Shown: positions 1-9,640 of the stretch, one piece after another | Layout: every line of letters begins with the position of its first letter | Position numbering within the stretch: position 1 is the stretch's first letter | NCBI GenBank assembly: GCA_963719525.1 | Contig: CAVRCG010000004.1 | Coordinates: 861,579-925,578, forward strand | Origin: an uncultured Cytophagales bacterium | Lineage (GTDB): Bacteria > Bacteroidota > Bacteroidia > Cytophagales > Bernardetiaceae | Length of the DNA: 64,000 bases | Reading direction: 5' to 3' | Translations under genes and position numbers: made by a program | Notes under the pieces: generated by a model | What the model saw: only the letters and a program-made list of their open reading frames with translations | Database searches by the model: none | Told to the model about the DNA's origin: nothing

Positions 1-426
1 ATTCAAAACAGGACTTCTATCTATGTTGAAATTTTCTAAAGTAAGTCGTATATTTTCTTTTTCTGTTTTTATAGATTTAGGAATAGACATAGTTCGCTCT
101 TCTTTTTTCCACAAACTAGTATTGCTTTTCGCTAGTCTATTTATAATTATGGTTTTGTCTTCTGATAAAATATAATAGAGAACATTAGTAGAAAATATCT
201 TTGATATAACTAATTCTTTTGCTCGTGGAAAAATATAAAGTGTCCTTTTAGATTCACAATGCCGTTTCCCCATATATTCCCAACTAGACTTCAAAAAAGC
301 AGATTTACAGTTTGCACAAAAAACAACTTCATCTCCTTCTACAATCAAATCTCCTGTAATTGGGTCTTTGCGCTGTTCGTTTAGAAAATGAATATGTTTT
401 TGATTTGAAATTTTATGAATGTGCAT
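1..426 (-). CDS. hypothetical protein, 3' part running off the window start
   Basis: ATG (reverse complement) at 424-426 and an open frame with no stop down to position 1 (begins MHIHKISNQKHIHFLNEQRKDPITGDLIVEGDEVVFCANCKSAF...). It is not in the ORF track because it is incomplete. No recognised domain. Confidence 0.4.
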   Translation of the reverse strand, partial: MHIHKISNQKHIHFLNEQRKDPITGDLIVEGDEVVFCANCKSAFLKSSWEYMGKRHCESKRTLYIFPRAKELVISKIFSTNVLYYILSEDKTIIINRLAKSNTSLWKKEERTMSIPKSIKTEKENIRLTLENFNIDRSPVLN

Positions 427-525
427 TTTTTTTGGTACTTCAGCATTCTCCACTTTATGAAGGATGAAGTTAGATTTTAGAATTAATGAAATTATGAACT
501 GAAAACTTTTGAAACTCTTTTGTTT

Positions 526-727
526 TTATTAACTGATGTTACGCAATTAAAAAGCTACCACCACCTTCTTCGTTTTTTTGTTTCTACTCTATTCTAAAAT
601 AGGAGTAATTTTAATAAAACGGAAAAGTAGATTCCTGTAAAAAGTAGTAGTTACTTTCCCACGAATAAATTCGTGGGTTTGGTCTAAACTTCTCTAAACT
701 TTGATGTTGCGTAACATCAGTTATTAA
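526..727. mobile_element. MITE-like element with 16-21 bp terminal inverted repeats and an internal hairpin
   Basis: Left arm TTATTAACTGATGTTACGCAA at 526-546 and right arm TTGCGTAACATCAGTTATTAA at 707-727 contain a perfect 16 bp inverted repeat (AACTGATGTTACGCAA). The internal perfect hairpin CCCACGAATAAATTCGTGGG is at 658-677. The element lies immediately 3' of truA. Confidence 0.4.
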
Positions 728-741
728 TAGAAAAGGTTTTT

Positions 742-1515
742 TTATAAAAAAATTTCTTTCGGATATTCTACATTTACCAAAAAAAGTCCATTTGAAGGAA
801 CAGAAAAGCCTGCTGATTTTCTATTTTTATCTAAAATAATTTTCTCAAAATCTTCTATTTCTATCTTTCCTTCTCCTACCAAAAAAAGAGAACCTATAAT
901 GGCACGAACCATTCCTCTCAAAAATCAATTTGCAGAAATAGTAAAACGCCAAAATTCAGTCTGACTATCCTTCTCTTTTGTCCAAATCGCTTTACTAATC
1001 TCACATTCAAAATTACTTACCTGCGTTTTTACCTTACTAAAAGATTCAAAATTTGTGTGATTTAATAAATATTCGGCTGCTTTGTTCATTTTCTCAAAAC
1101 GAGAGTCATCCAGACCCTTATTTTTTCTGTGAAAATGAGCGTGATTTATCAAAAATGGATTTTTTTCAAGAATTACATGATAATGATATATCCTTAAAAA
1201 AGCATCAAAACGAGCATGTGCAGTTTCTATAACTGGAATAACTTTTAAAATAGCAATTTGAGGAGGTAAAAAACTATTCATTCGATATTTTAAATCTTCT
1301 ACATTAATCTTAGTTGAAGTATCAAAATGCGCAAATTGTTTTTTGCAATGTACGCCTGTATCAGTTCTTCCACTTCCTGTAACAGGCGTTTGTGTTCTCA
1401 AAATTTTTGATAAACCATCTTCAATAATTGATTGAATAGTTTTTGGGGTATTATTTTGAGATTGCCAACCGTGGTAATTTGTGCCTTCGTAAGCTATTTC
1501 TAAAAAATGACGCAT
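742..1515 (-). pseudogene. truA: tRNA pseudouridine(38-40) synthase TruA, with an in-frame TGA at 925-927
   Basis: The 196 aa ORF matches the TruA N-terminal two-thirds. In the same frame after the TGA, translation continues [20 protein letters not shown]...EYPKEIFL to the stop at 742-744. Other TruA proteins have R at this position (ISANRFLRGMVR), so the interruption is a CGA-to-TGA nonsense change. Confidence 0.8.
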
Positions 1516-1767
1516 AAGATTGAGTAAGTTGTTGGTGTATTTGAAATACTAGAGTAATCACATCTAATTTAAGGTATTTTTGAATTAATTTTTATTTTTG
1601 TAGATGAACAATATTAACTTTTTGAAGAAATGGAAGACTATTGTATCACAGGTAGGTAAATCGCATCTACTTTGGACTTTTTTTGATTTCAAGCTGTAAA
1701 ATATTAAAATTTGACGTTTTATAAACAAAAATAGACTCTTAGGAAAGTAAAAACCGTCATATAATTA

Positions 1768-2064
1768 TGAATAAATTAAAACAATTTTCAAGTTTTGAAG
1801 AACTAAAAGCAGATGCAAAACCTGCAACAAATATGGAAGAAGCACTAAAAAGACACGAAGAATTTAAAGAAGCAATGATTTTTCTTAGAAGTAAAATAGT
1901 CATAAAACCAACCCTAAATCAAGATGAAAAGCAAAAAACAACGTAATAAAGAGAGAATTTTAAAAGAATTGAAAGAGGCTGTTTTAGAAGTAAAACAAGC
2001 TCGTAAAGAAGGTAGACAACTAAAAACTTTAGAGGATTTTTTGAAAGAACTTGAAAATGAGTAG
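1768..2064 (+). pseudogene. degenerate antitoxin-like gene, homolog of the 15779-16003 antitoxin, split by a frameshift in an A-run near 1935
   Basis: Two short overlapping frames, 1768-1947 (MNKLKQFSSFEELKADAKPA...) and 1923-2064 (MKSKKQRNKERILKELKEAVLEVKQARKEGRQLKTLEDFLKELENE). The C-terminus LKTLEDFLKEL resembles the C-terminus SLKDFLDEL of the antitoxin at 15779-16003. No toxin gene follows. Confidence 0.3.
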
Positions 2065-2096
2065 TTTCATTTGTAGGGAAAATGGCTTGCCTTTTC

Positions 2097-2315
2097 CTAA
2101 ACGGTCTTTCCTCTTTGATAACGCTCTTTTCTAATGATACTTACTTCTTTTACAATTTCCTCTAGTGTGATTGTTGCTTTTGTTCCTTTACTTAATCGTT
2201 GTGCTTCTGCCATCATAACCTGACGTTCCATTGCTTTTCTAAATGCTTCTTGTTCTGCTTCTGATAATTGTGTGGCTAAATTACGAATTTGTTCTACTCG
2301 TTCTTGGGTACTCAT
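2097..2315 (-). CDS. hypothetical small protein (72 aa), charged and helical
   Basis: Complete ORF MSTQERVEQIRNLATQLSEAEQEAFRKAMERQ.... It is convergent with the 1768-2064 locus and separated from it by the GGGAAAATGGCTTGCCTTTTCC hairpin repeat. Confidence 0.35.
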   Translation of the reverse strand: MSTQERVEQIRNLATQLSEAEQEAFRKAMERQVMMAEAQRLSKGTKATITLEEIVKEVSIIRKERYQRGKTV

Positions 2316-2709
2316 ATTCTAAAAAAATTAAAAGTAAATTATTGATTTCTTCTCTATTAAAACGTAAGAAACATCTAAAAAGGTTTGATTACTCACAAAA
2401 AAACCTTCTTCAAATAATAAATTATTCAAAGAAGGTTCTATAAAAACACCTTGCCTTTCCCTAAACACTCCTTCCTGTTTGTAGAATGAGAAAAGGCAAA
2501 CTATTTTAGAATGAAAATTTAATTCCCACTTGCAACAGAAATACATCTACTCGCAAATCTAAGATTTGCCAAACTGATAAATCGTAGTCGCAGACTACGC
2601 TTAACGAGGGGTGAAAAACAAAACTTTATACGATAGAAAAGGAATAAATTTTAACAATTTTTCTAAAGGTTAGACTTGGTTTTACCATAGTTTTCAGGGG
2701 GTGCAGTTT

Positions 2710-3741
2710 TCATCTTTTATACTTATAGGTCTTTGTTGATTTGTGTCCATTTATCTGACTATGAGAGTAGATTGATATTTCATTTAAATGTATTTTTCCT
2801 TTATAAATTACACTCAGTCCTTCCCTTCCTTTCCATCCAGTTTTAAAGAATATACTATCACTTTTGATGGAATAAGTGCCAGTATAGATGAAAGGACTTT
2901 GTTCATCTCTATTAAACCAGTTCTTAACTTTTTTTAAATTATCACTAGATGTAGTTGATATAACTGTTGAATCATCGTAAAACTTCAAATAATAATAATA
3001 TCCATCTCCAGCTTTATCTGTTTGATATAATCCTTTGGTTTTAATAGAAAAAGTAGTCTTAAGTACTCTTTCTTTTTTATTTGTATCTGTTTGAAGTATT
3101 TTTTCATTTTGTTCTGTAGGTGGAAAATTACTTTTTACCTTATTTTCAGCATTTTCTTTCAAATTAATATTACTATCTTCTTCACTTCTGTTTGCATTGA
3201 AAGTTTCTATACTATCTTTATTATTTGTCAATAACTTTTCATCTCTATTATTCCTATTCAAAGAATTTGCAAATATTATTACAAAAAGTACGCATAAACA
3301 CATTACCAATATGTATGCAAAGATAAGTTTAGTTTTACCTTCTTTACTTTTATTTACCTTTTGTTTTATTGTTTCTTCCCGTCTTTTCAAATCATTCTCT
3401 CTTTTAGTTTGCCTTTCATCAACTTCACTTTGTTTACGTTTTAACTCTTCCTCTCGTTTCTTTAACTCTTCCTCTTTTTGTTTACTATAATTATTATTTG
3501 GTTGATTATTATATTGCCTGTTTAAAAATTCTTTCAAACGTATATCATAGCTACTTTTCTTGCTTGGACTGCTAAGTATTTCGTAGGCTTCATTAATTGA
3601 TTTAGATTTTTTTTCAAAAAACTCTCTTTGTTGTGGATTTACGTCAGGGTGAAACTTTTTTACTAATGCTTTATATGCTGCCTTTATCTCATCAAAAGAA
3701 GCATTAGTTTCTAAGCCAAGTATATCATAGTAGTTTTTCAT
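2710..3741 (-). CDS. J-domain (DnaJ-like) membrane protein with a Lys/Glu-rich coiled coil, one TM helix and a C-terminal domain of unknown function
   Basis: The N-terminus YYDILGLETNASFDEIKAAYKALVKKFHPD carries the HPD J-domain signature. A hydrophobic segment LIFAYILVMCLCVLFVIIFA follows. Confidence 0.8.
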   Translation of the reverse strand: MKNYYDILGLETNASFDEIKAAYKALVKKFHPDVNPQQREFFEKKSKSINEAYEILSSPSKKSSYDIRLKEFLNRQYNNQPNNNYSKQKEEELKKREEELKRKQSEVDERQTKRENDLKRREETIKQKVNKSKEGKTKLIFAYILVMCLCVLFVIIFANSLNRNNRDEKLLTNNKDSIETFNANRSEEDSNINLKENAENKVKSNFPPTEQNEKILQTDTNKKERVLKTTFSIKTKGLYQTDKAGDGYYYYLKFYDDSTVISTTSSDNLKKVKNWFNRDEQSPFIYTGTYSIKSDSIFFKTGWKGREGLSVIYKGKIHLNEISIYSHSQINGHKSTKTYKYKR

Positions 3742-3900
3742 AGAATTTAATAATAATAATTACCTGCTAACTTCATTTGTAACAATACTTGAATCTATCA
3801 ATTTTATAAGTGTACAATTATATTATTTGTTATTGGTATATCCAAGTTTGTGAAAAGAGAAAATATAGTGTATAGTAAAATTTTAACAATGATACGAAAT

Positions 3901-4905
3901 TTAACCGTTCAATTTTGTATCTCTGTATATGACACTACCAAAGACTTGAAGCATTTTACCATAATCTGAATTTTGCTCTAAAGACTGTTTTAAGTTTTCT
4001 TGATTTATTTCTAATCCATTATCTATAAACGTATCATCGAATGTTTGAAATGAATTAAGTATATGAGGATTACATACAAATAAATTATTCTTTCTATATC
4101 CAATTATATAATGAGGAAATAATCCACCTGTTAATGTAAATTCCTTTTGCTTAGGGTAGTAATCACTAAAATATATTGGTAATCCTTTCAATAAAATAAA
4201 TTCACTAGATGTATGAATAATTTCAATAGAAGTCCCGAATCTCTCAAGAGGCTTAGGTAACCAGTAATATAATATAATTCCGTCTTTAGTTGAAAAATCT
4301 TCAGCTACTTTAAGTTCAGTAGACAACGAAACACAAAAAGAAAGTTCATTGTAGTTACCCATTTCTCCAATAGTATGCAGAAGTCTTATGTAGTAATTTT
4401 TAACCTTGAATTTATCTAAAAAATTAAATTTTCCAATTTTATTTATAAAATCATTTTGGTTCTCATTTCTACAAAAATATTCTTTGAATAAAGGATTTAA
4501 ATTTTTAAAATTTATGACAACTTCCTTCCGTTTTTTAGTTAAAACAGTCCTAATTTTTATAAAAATTTTTTTAAAAGCCTCATCTGATACATCTTGGATT
4601 AAATCTAAAAAGTCATTAGTTTCAATTTGTTTCTTGATGTTTTCTTTCAAATAGGATTTTGATTTTTCGCCAAAAGAGAATAAAAATCTCATTTTTCCAT
4701 TATCTTCTCCTTTTTTACTAATTTTTTTAATTCGTTTTTTTAATAAGTCTTCTAAAGTTCCTCTGTAAAATAATTGTATGTCATTATCAGTAATTGATTT
4801 ATTCAGCCAAATATTAAAATCTTTAGCTCTTTGCTGCTGATAATCATTTAATTCAATTAACTTATCATTATTACCGATAATTCTTAATTCAAGATTATTG
4901 AACAT
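3901..4905 (-). CDS. hypothetical protein (334 aa), ORFan-like, in an extremely AT-rich segment
   Basis: Long open frame with no domain I recognise. The DNA is visibly more AT-rich than the flanking icmF. Confidence 0.55.
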   Translation of the reverse strand: MFNNLELRIIGNNDKLIELNDYQQQRAKDFNIWLNKSITDNDIQLFYRGTLEDLLKKRIKKISKKGEDNGKMRFLFSFGEKSKSYLKENIKKQIETNDFLDLIQDVSDEAFKKIFIKIRTVLTKKRKEVVINFKNLNPLFKEYFCRNENQNDFINKIGKFNFLDKFKVKNYYIRLLHTIGEMGNYNELSFCVSLSTELKVAEDFSTKDGIILYYWLPKPLERFGTSIEIIHTSSEFILLKGLPIYFSDYYPKQKEFTLTGGLFPHYIIGYRKNNLFVCNPHILNSFQTFDDTFIDNGLEINQENLKQSLEQNSDYGKMLQVFGSVIYRDTKLNG

Positions 4906-4982
4906 TATTATTAGGTTTAAAATAAAAAATAAAAAACCTATAAGGTTTCCAAAAACCTTATAGGTTTGAATAAAATTAAAAC

Positions 4983-7900
4983 CTACATATTCCTCCTATA
5001 CTGCCCCCCAACTTCAAACAAAGCTCTAGTAATCTGTCCTAACGAACAGGTTTTAGTAGCTCTCATTAAGTGTTCAAACATATTTTCGTGTTTGATGGCT
5101 GCTTTTTGAAGGTCTTTGAGTATTTGCTGATTTTTTTGTTCGTCAAAAGAATGTAGCGACTTGAGCATATTTATTTGATACTCTTTTTCTTCTTCTGTCG
5201 AACGAATTACTTCGGCAGGAATAACGGTAGGCGAACCCTTCGAAGACAAAAATGTATTTACACCCACAATCGGATATTCGCCTGTGTGTTTTTGCATTTC
5301 GTAATACATACTTTCTTCCTGTATTTGTGTGCGCTGAAACTGTCTTTCCATCGCTCCCAAAACTCCACCACGCTCTGTAATTTGGTCAAAAATCTTCAAA
5401 ACAGCTTCTTCTACCAAATCAGTCAGTTCTTCAATAATAAACGAACCTTGCAACGGATTTTCATTTTTTGCTAATCCTAATTCTTTATTGATGATAAGCT
5501 GAATCGCAACAGCACGACGAACAGAATCTTCCGTTGGTGTCGTTATGGCTTCGTCGTAAGCGTTGGTATGCAGCGAGTTACAGTTGTCGTAAATGGCATA
5601 CAAGGCTTGTAGAGTAGTACGAATATCATTAAAATCAATTTCTTGTGCGTGAAGCGAACGCCCCGAAGTTTGGATATGATATTTTAGTTTTTGCGCTCTA
5701 TCGTTTGCTCCGTACTTGTTTTTCATCGCCTTTGCCCAAATACGACGAGCCACACGCCCAATAACAGAATATTCTGGGTCAATTCCATTCGAAAAAGAAA
5801 AACGAGAAATTCGGTGCAAAATCATTAATATCCATTCCTCTACTCAAATAATATTCGGCAAACGTAAAACCGTTACTCAATGTAAAGGCAAGTTGCGTAA
5901 TTGGATTTGCGCCTGCTTCTGCAATATGATAACCCGAAATAGAAACCGAATAGAAATTTTGAACGTGATGGTCAATAAAATACTGCTGAATATCTCCCAT
6001 GAGTTTTAGCGAAAATTCGGTACTAAAAATACACGTATTTTGCGCTTGGTCTTCCTTCAAAATATCAGCTTGAACCGTTCCACGTACTTGTGTGAGTGTT
6101 TTTGCTTTAATTTTATCATAAATTTCTTTATCCAAAACTTCATCGCCTGTTGCTCCTAAAAGCATCAACCCTAAACCGTTATTTCCTTCTGGCAAACCTC
6201 CATTATAAGTAGGACGAATTTTGCCTTCATATTTTTTCTTGACTTTTGCCTCAACTTCTTCCTCTAAACCGTTTTCTTTGATGTAAATTTCACATTGCTG
6301 ATCAACGGCTGCATTCATAAAAAAGGCACACACCGTAGCAGCAGGTCCAATTAATGGTCATTGAAACCGAAGTCGTTGGGTCAGCCAAATTAAAACCTGA
6401 ATAGAGTTTTTTTGCATCATCCAAACAACATACATTTACACCCGAATTACCCACTTTTCCATAAATATCTGGACGATAATCTGGGTCTTCTCCATACAAT
6501 GTTACCGAATCAAAAGCCGTCGAAAGTCGTGCAGCAGGCATTCCTTTTGAAAGATAATGAAAACGTCTGTTTGTGCGTTCGGGACCTCCTTCGCCTGCAA
6601 ACATACGAGTAGGGTCTTCGCCAGTACGCTTAAACGGAAAAACGCCAGCCGTAAATGGAAATTCTCCCGGTACATTTTCTTGTAAATTCCATTTCAAAAC
6701 ATCTCCCCACGCTTTGTATTTTGGTAGCGAAATTTTAGGAATTTTGGATTGAGAAAGAGAAACGGTATAAGTCTTTAAACTAAATTCTTTATTACGAACT
6801 TTATAAACAAAATCATCAGCTGTATAAGTAGCTACTTTTGCTTGCCAATCTTCAATTATTTTCCAGTTTGTACCTTCTAAAGTGAGTTTTATTTGTTCGA
6901 AAGTATCTTTCAAGCCATTTATAATAGAATCTTTCAGTTCTTTTTCTAGTTCTTCATTCTCTGAAATAGAATGAATAGAAAGTTCTAAACCGTATAATTT
7001 TTGTGCAATTTCGGCTTGGTCTTCTACATTTTTATCATAACGACGATTACTTTCACTAATTTCTGACAGATAACGAACTCTTGAAGGAGGAATAATATAC
7101 TGTTTTTCAGACGTAGAAGCCGATATTTTGAAAGTAGAATCAAATAATTTTGTAGGCGAATTTTCACTAACTTTATTAATTTGGTCAATCAAAGCACGAT
7201 ACAACGTATTCATTCCAACGTCATTAAACTGCGATGCAATCGTACCATAAACAGGAATTTCTGAATCTGGTGTATCCCACAAATTACGGTTTCTTTTGTA
7301 CTGTTTTTTGACATCACGAAGCGCATCTAAAGCACCACGTTTGTCAAATTTATTGAGTGCAATTACATCAGCAAAATCAATCATATCGATTTTTTCTAAC
7401 TGCGAAGCTGCACCATATTCTGGTGTCATAACGTATAAAGAAGCATCAGAATGGTCTGTAATGGCTGTATCAGATTGTCCAATTCCAGAAGTTTCAACGA
7501 TAATCAAATCAAATTCGGCTGCACGCAAAATATCAATCGCATCTTGAACGTATTTTGAAAGAGCTAAATTAGACTGACGAGTAGCCAAAGAACGCATATA
7601 AACACGGTCGTTTGTAATCGAATTCATACGAATACGGTCGCCTAAAAGTGCGCCACCAGTACGACGACGAGAAGGATCAACTGAAACAATGGCAATCGTT
7701 TTGTCTTCAAAATCCATCAAATAACGTCTTACAAGCTCATCAACAAGCGAAGATTTACCTGCACCACCTGTTCCTGTAATTCCCAAAACAGGAGCTACTT
7801 CTTCTGGAATAAGTGTTTTTATTTTCTTTATAATTTCCTTATTCTTTTCTGGATAATTTTCAACTGCCGAAATAATCCTGCCTATTGTCTTCGAATTTCT

Positions 7901-8395
7901 TTCTTTTATTGTTTCTACTTCGCTAATTTCTACATCGTGTCCTGTTGGAAAATCAGTTTGTTCAAGCAAATTATTTATCATTCCTTGAAGTCCCATTGAA
8001 CGACCGTCATCTGGATGATAAATTTTGGTAATGCCGTAATTATGCAGTTCTTCTATTTCAGAAGGCAAAATCACACCTCCACCACCACCAAAAAGTTTGA
8101 TATGTCCTGCACCTCGCTCTTTCAAAAGGTCGTGCATATATTTAAAATATTCTACGTGTCCACCTTGATACGAAGTAATGGCAATCGCTTGTGCATCTTC
8201 TTGAATGGCACAATTTACAATTTCTTCTACCGAACGGTTGTGTCCTAAATGAATCACTTCTGCACCTGAAGATTGAATAATTCGGCGCATTATATTTATA
8301 GCTGCATCGTGTCCATCAAAAAGTGCTGCTGCTGTAACGACACGCAGTTTGTTTTTTGATGTATAAGGCAATGGAATTGGAGGATTTGTACTCAT
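4983..8395 (-). pseudogene. icmF: fused isobutyryl-CoA mutase IcmF (B12-binding domain, MeaB-like GTPase and mutase substrate domain), interrupted by two single-base frameshifts
   Basis: Three consecutive minus-strand ORFs (6302-8395, 5779-6333, 4983-5825) together make one IcmF-like protein of about 1090 aa. B12-binding N-terminus, GTPase P-loop [12 protein letters not shown], mutase C-terminus. The breaks are an extra T near 6335 (TINW... versus expected TING...) and an extra T in a T-run near 5800 (FSFFFFEWN versus [12 protein letters not shown]). Confidence 0.85.
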
Positions 8396-8846
8396 GGTAT
8401 GTTTGTGTTGTATATATTTTTTTGCTTTTTGTAGAATTTTCTTTATGGTACGCTTCTCACTCTAAAGAGTGAGCTACATTTGATTGGCTATATTATTTCT
8501 CTTTTTTACAAAAATAGTAAGAAAAAGCCAGACTAAACGTACTGTCAAATAGTTGAGCAGTACAAATTTGTTAATTTACAGATTGTATTTACCATTAGTA
8601 ACGTCTATTTTCTCCAAAAATACAAGCCTGCCAAAGTAAAAACTAACTTTCTAAAAAATTATACTCTAAGAAATGAATCAACAAATTTGTACCTTGTAAC
8701 TACTTAAAAGAACGTTTTAACAAAAAGTTTTTGAAGATACATGCATATTCTAATTAGATTTATTCATCCTCCTCTTTTTACTCAGTTTAGTTTCACATAG
8801 TTTAGCAATATCTAAAAATATTGTGTTAAGACTATTGTGAATATTA

Positions 8847-8976
8847 AACATTATCACAGTTAATTTAGTACTGTTCATTTTTCCATAGTGACAAACCTGT
8901 CTCTATGGAAAAATAAGACTGTTTTACTTTTCTATAACAATTGATTAGTGGACCTATAGATAACTGTGATAACGTT
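8847..8976. mobile_element. MITE, copy 1, with terminal inverted repeats AACATTATCACAGTT / AACTGTGATAACGTT
   Basis: 15 bp terminal inverted repeats at 8847-8861 and 8962-8976 flank about 100 bp that contains the internal hairpin TTTTCCATAG...CTATGGAAAA. A second copy of about 88% identity lies in inverse orientation at 47463-47594. Confidence 0.5.
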
Positions 8977-9229
8977 TAATTTACGAAAAATAAATTTTGA
9001 CTTTCCTCTTAGAATAGGTTTTTAATACTTTTTTAACACAGCTCAAACCAAACTTATCATAAATATTTTAGACAAAATGATAAGAAATTCATTTTTAATC
9101 AAAAAATCGTTATTTTTGCAGTATCAAATCTATGAAAAATGATTCTTGCCTTTATTGGTGTTTTAGCGTAGCGACATCAACAAAACGTATATTCAGAATA
9201 CACATTCAAAATTTAAAATAAAATCAACT

Positions 9230-9448
9230 ATGTTAAATACACTTCTCTTTATCGGTGGACTTGGAGCTTGGGAAATTGCTCTTATTATGCTTATTGTCCT
9301 TGTTTTCTTTGGCGCAAAACGCATTCCTGAACTAGCTCGTGGAGTAGGTCGTGGAATCCGTGAATTTAAAGATGCAACAAGTGAAGTTCGTAATTCAATA
9401 GAATCAGAAAGTAAAAAAGAAGACGTTTCTACTAAAAAAGAGGCTTAA
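9230..9448 (+). CDS. tatA: twin-arginine translocase subunit TatA/E
   Basis: 72 aa with an N-terminal TM helix followed by FGAKRIPELARGVGRGIREFK, the canonical TatA amphipathic region. Confidence 0.85.
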   Translation: MLNTLLFIGGLGAWEIALIMLIVLVFFGAKRIPELARGVGRGIREFKDATSEVRNSIESESKKEDVSTKKEA

Positions 9449-9640
9449 TATAAAAGTATAACAGACTTCTTAGTCTGTTTGAAATAATAGAATATAAATT
9501 AATACGAAAGAAAACGAGCAGAATTTTGTAAATTCTATGTTTTCCTTCGTATTTTTGTTTTTATAAATAATTATTAATGTTACTCGTGTCCTTACGAGCG
9601 ACACAAAATATACATTTCTCAATTCGTAATTGAAATTCCA

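Noticed and set aside
925-927. Possible selenocysteine or recoding explanation for the in-frame TGA in truA
   Set aside because: TruA is not a known selenoprotein, no SECIS-like hairpin follows, and a second in-frame stop elsewhere is TAA, so there is no consistent recoding signal.
2243-2546. ORFs 2243-2443 (+) and 2328-2546 (-) in the 400 bp spacer
   Set aside because: Overlapping, Leu/Lys-rich low-complexity translations of AT-rich intergenic DNA that also contains a repeat-family member.
8396-8560. Looked for a cobalamin riboswitch in the icmF leader
   Set aside because: Only a short hairpin (CTCACTCTAAAGAGTGAG, 8457-8474) is present; there is no B12-box or extended conserved structure.
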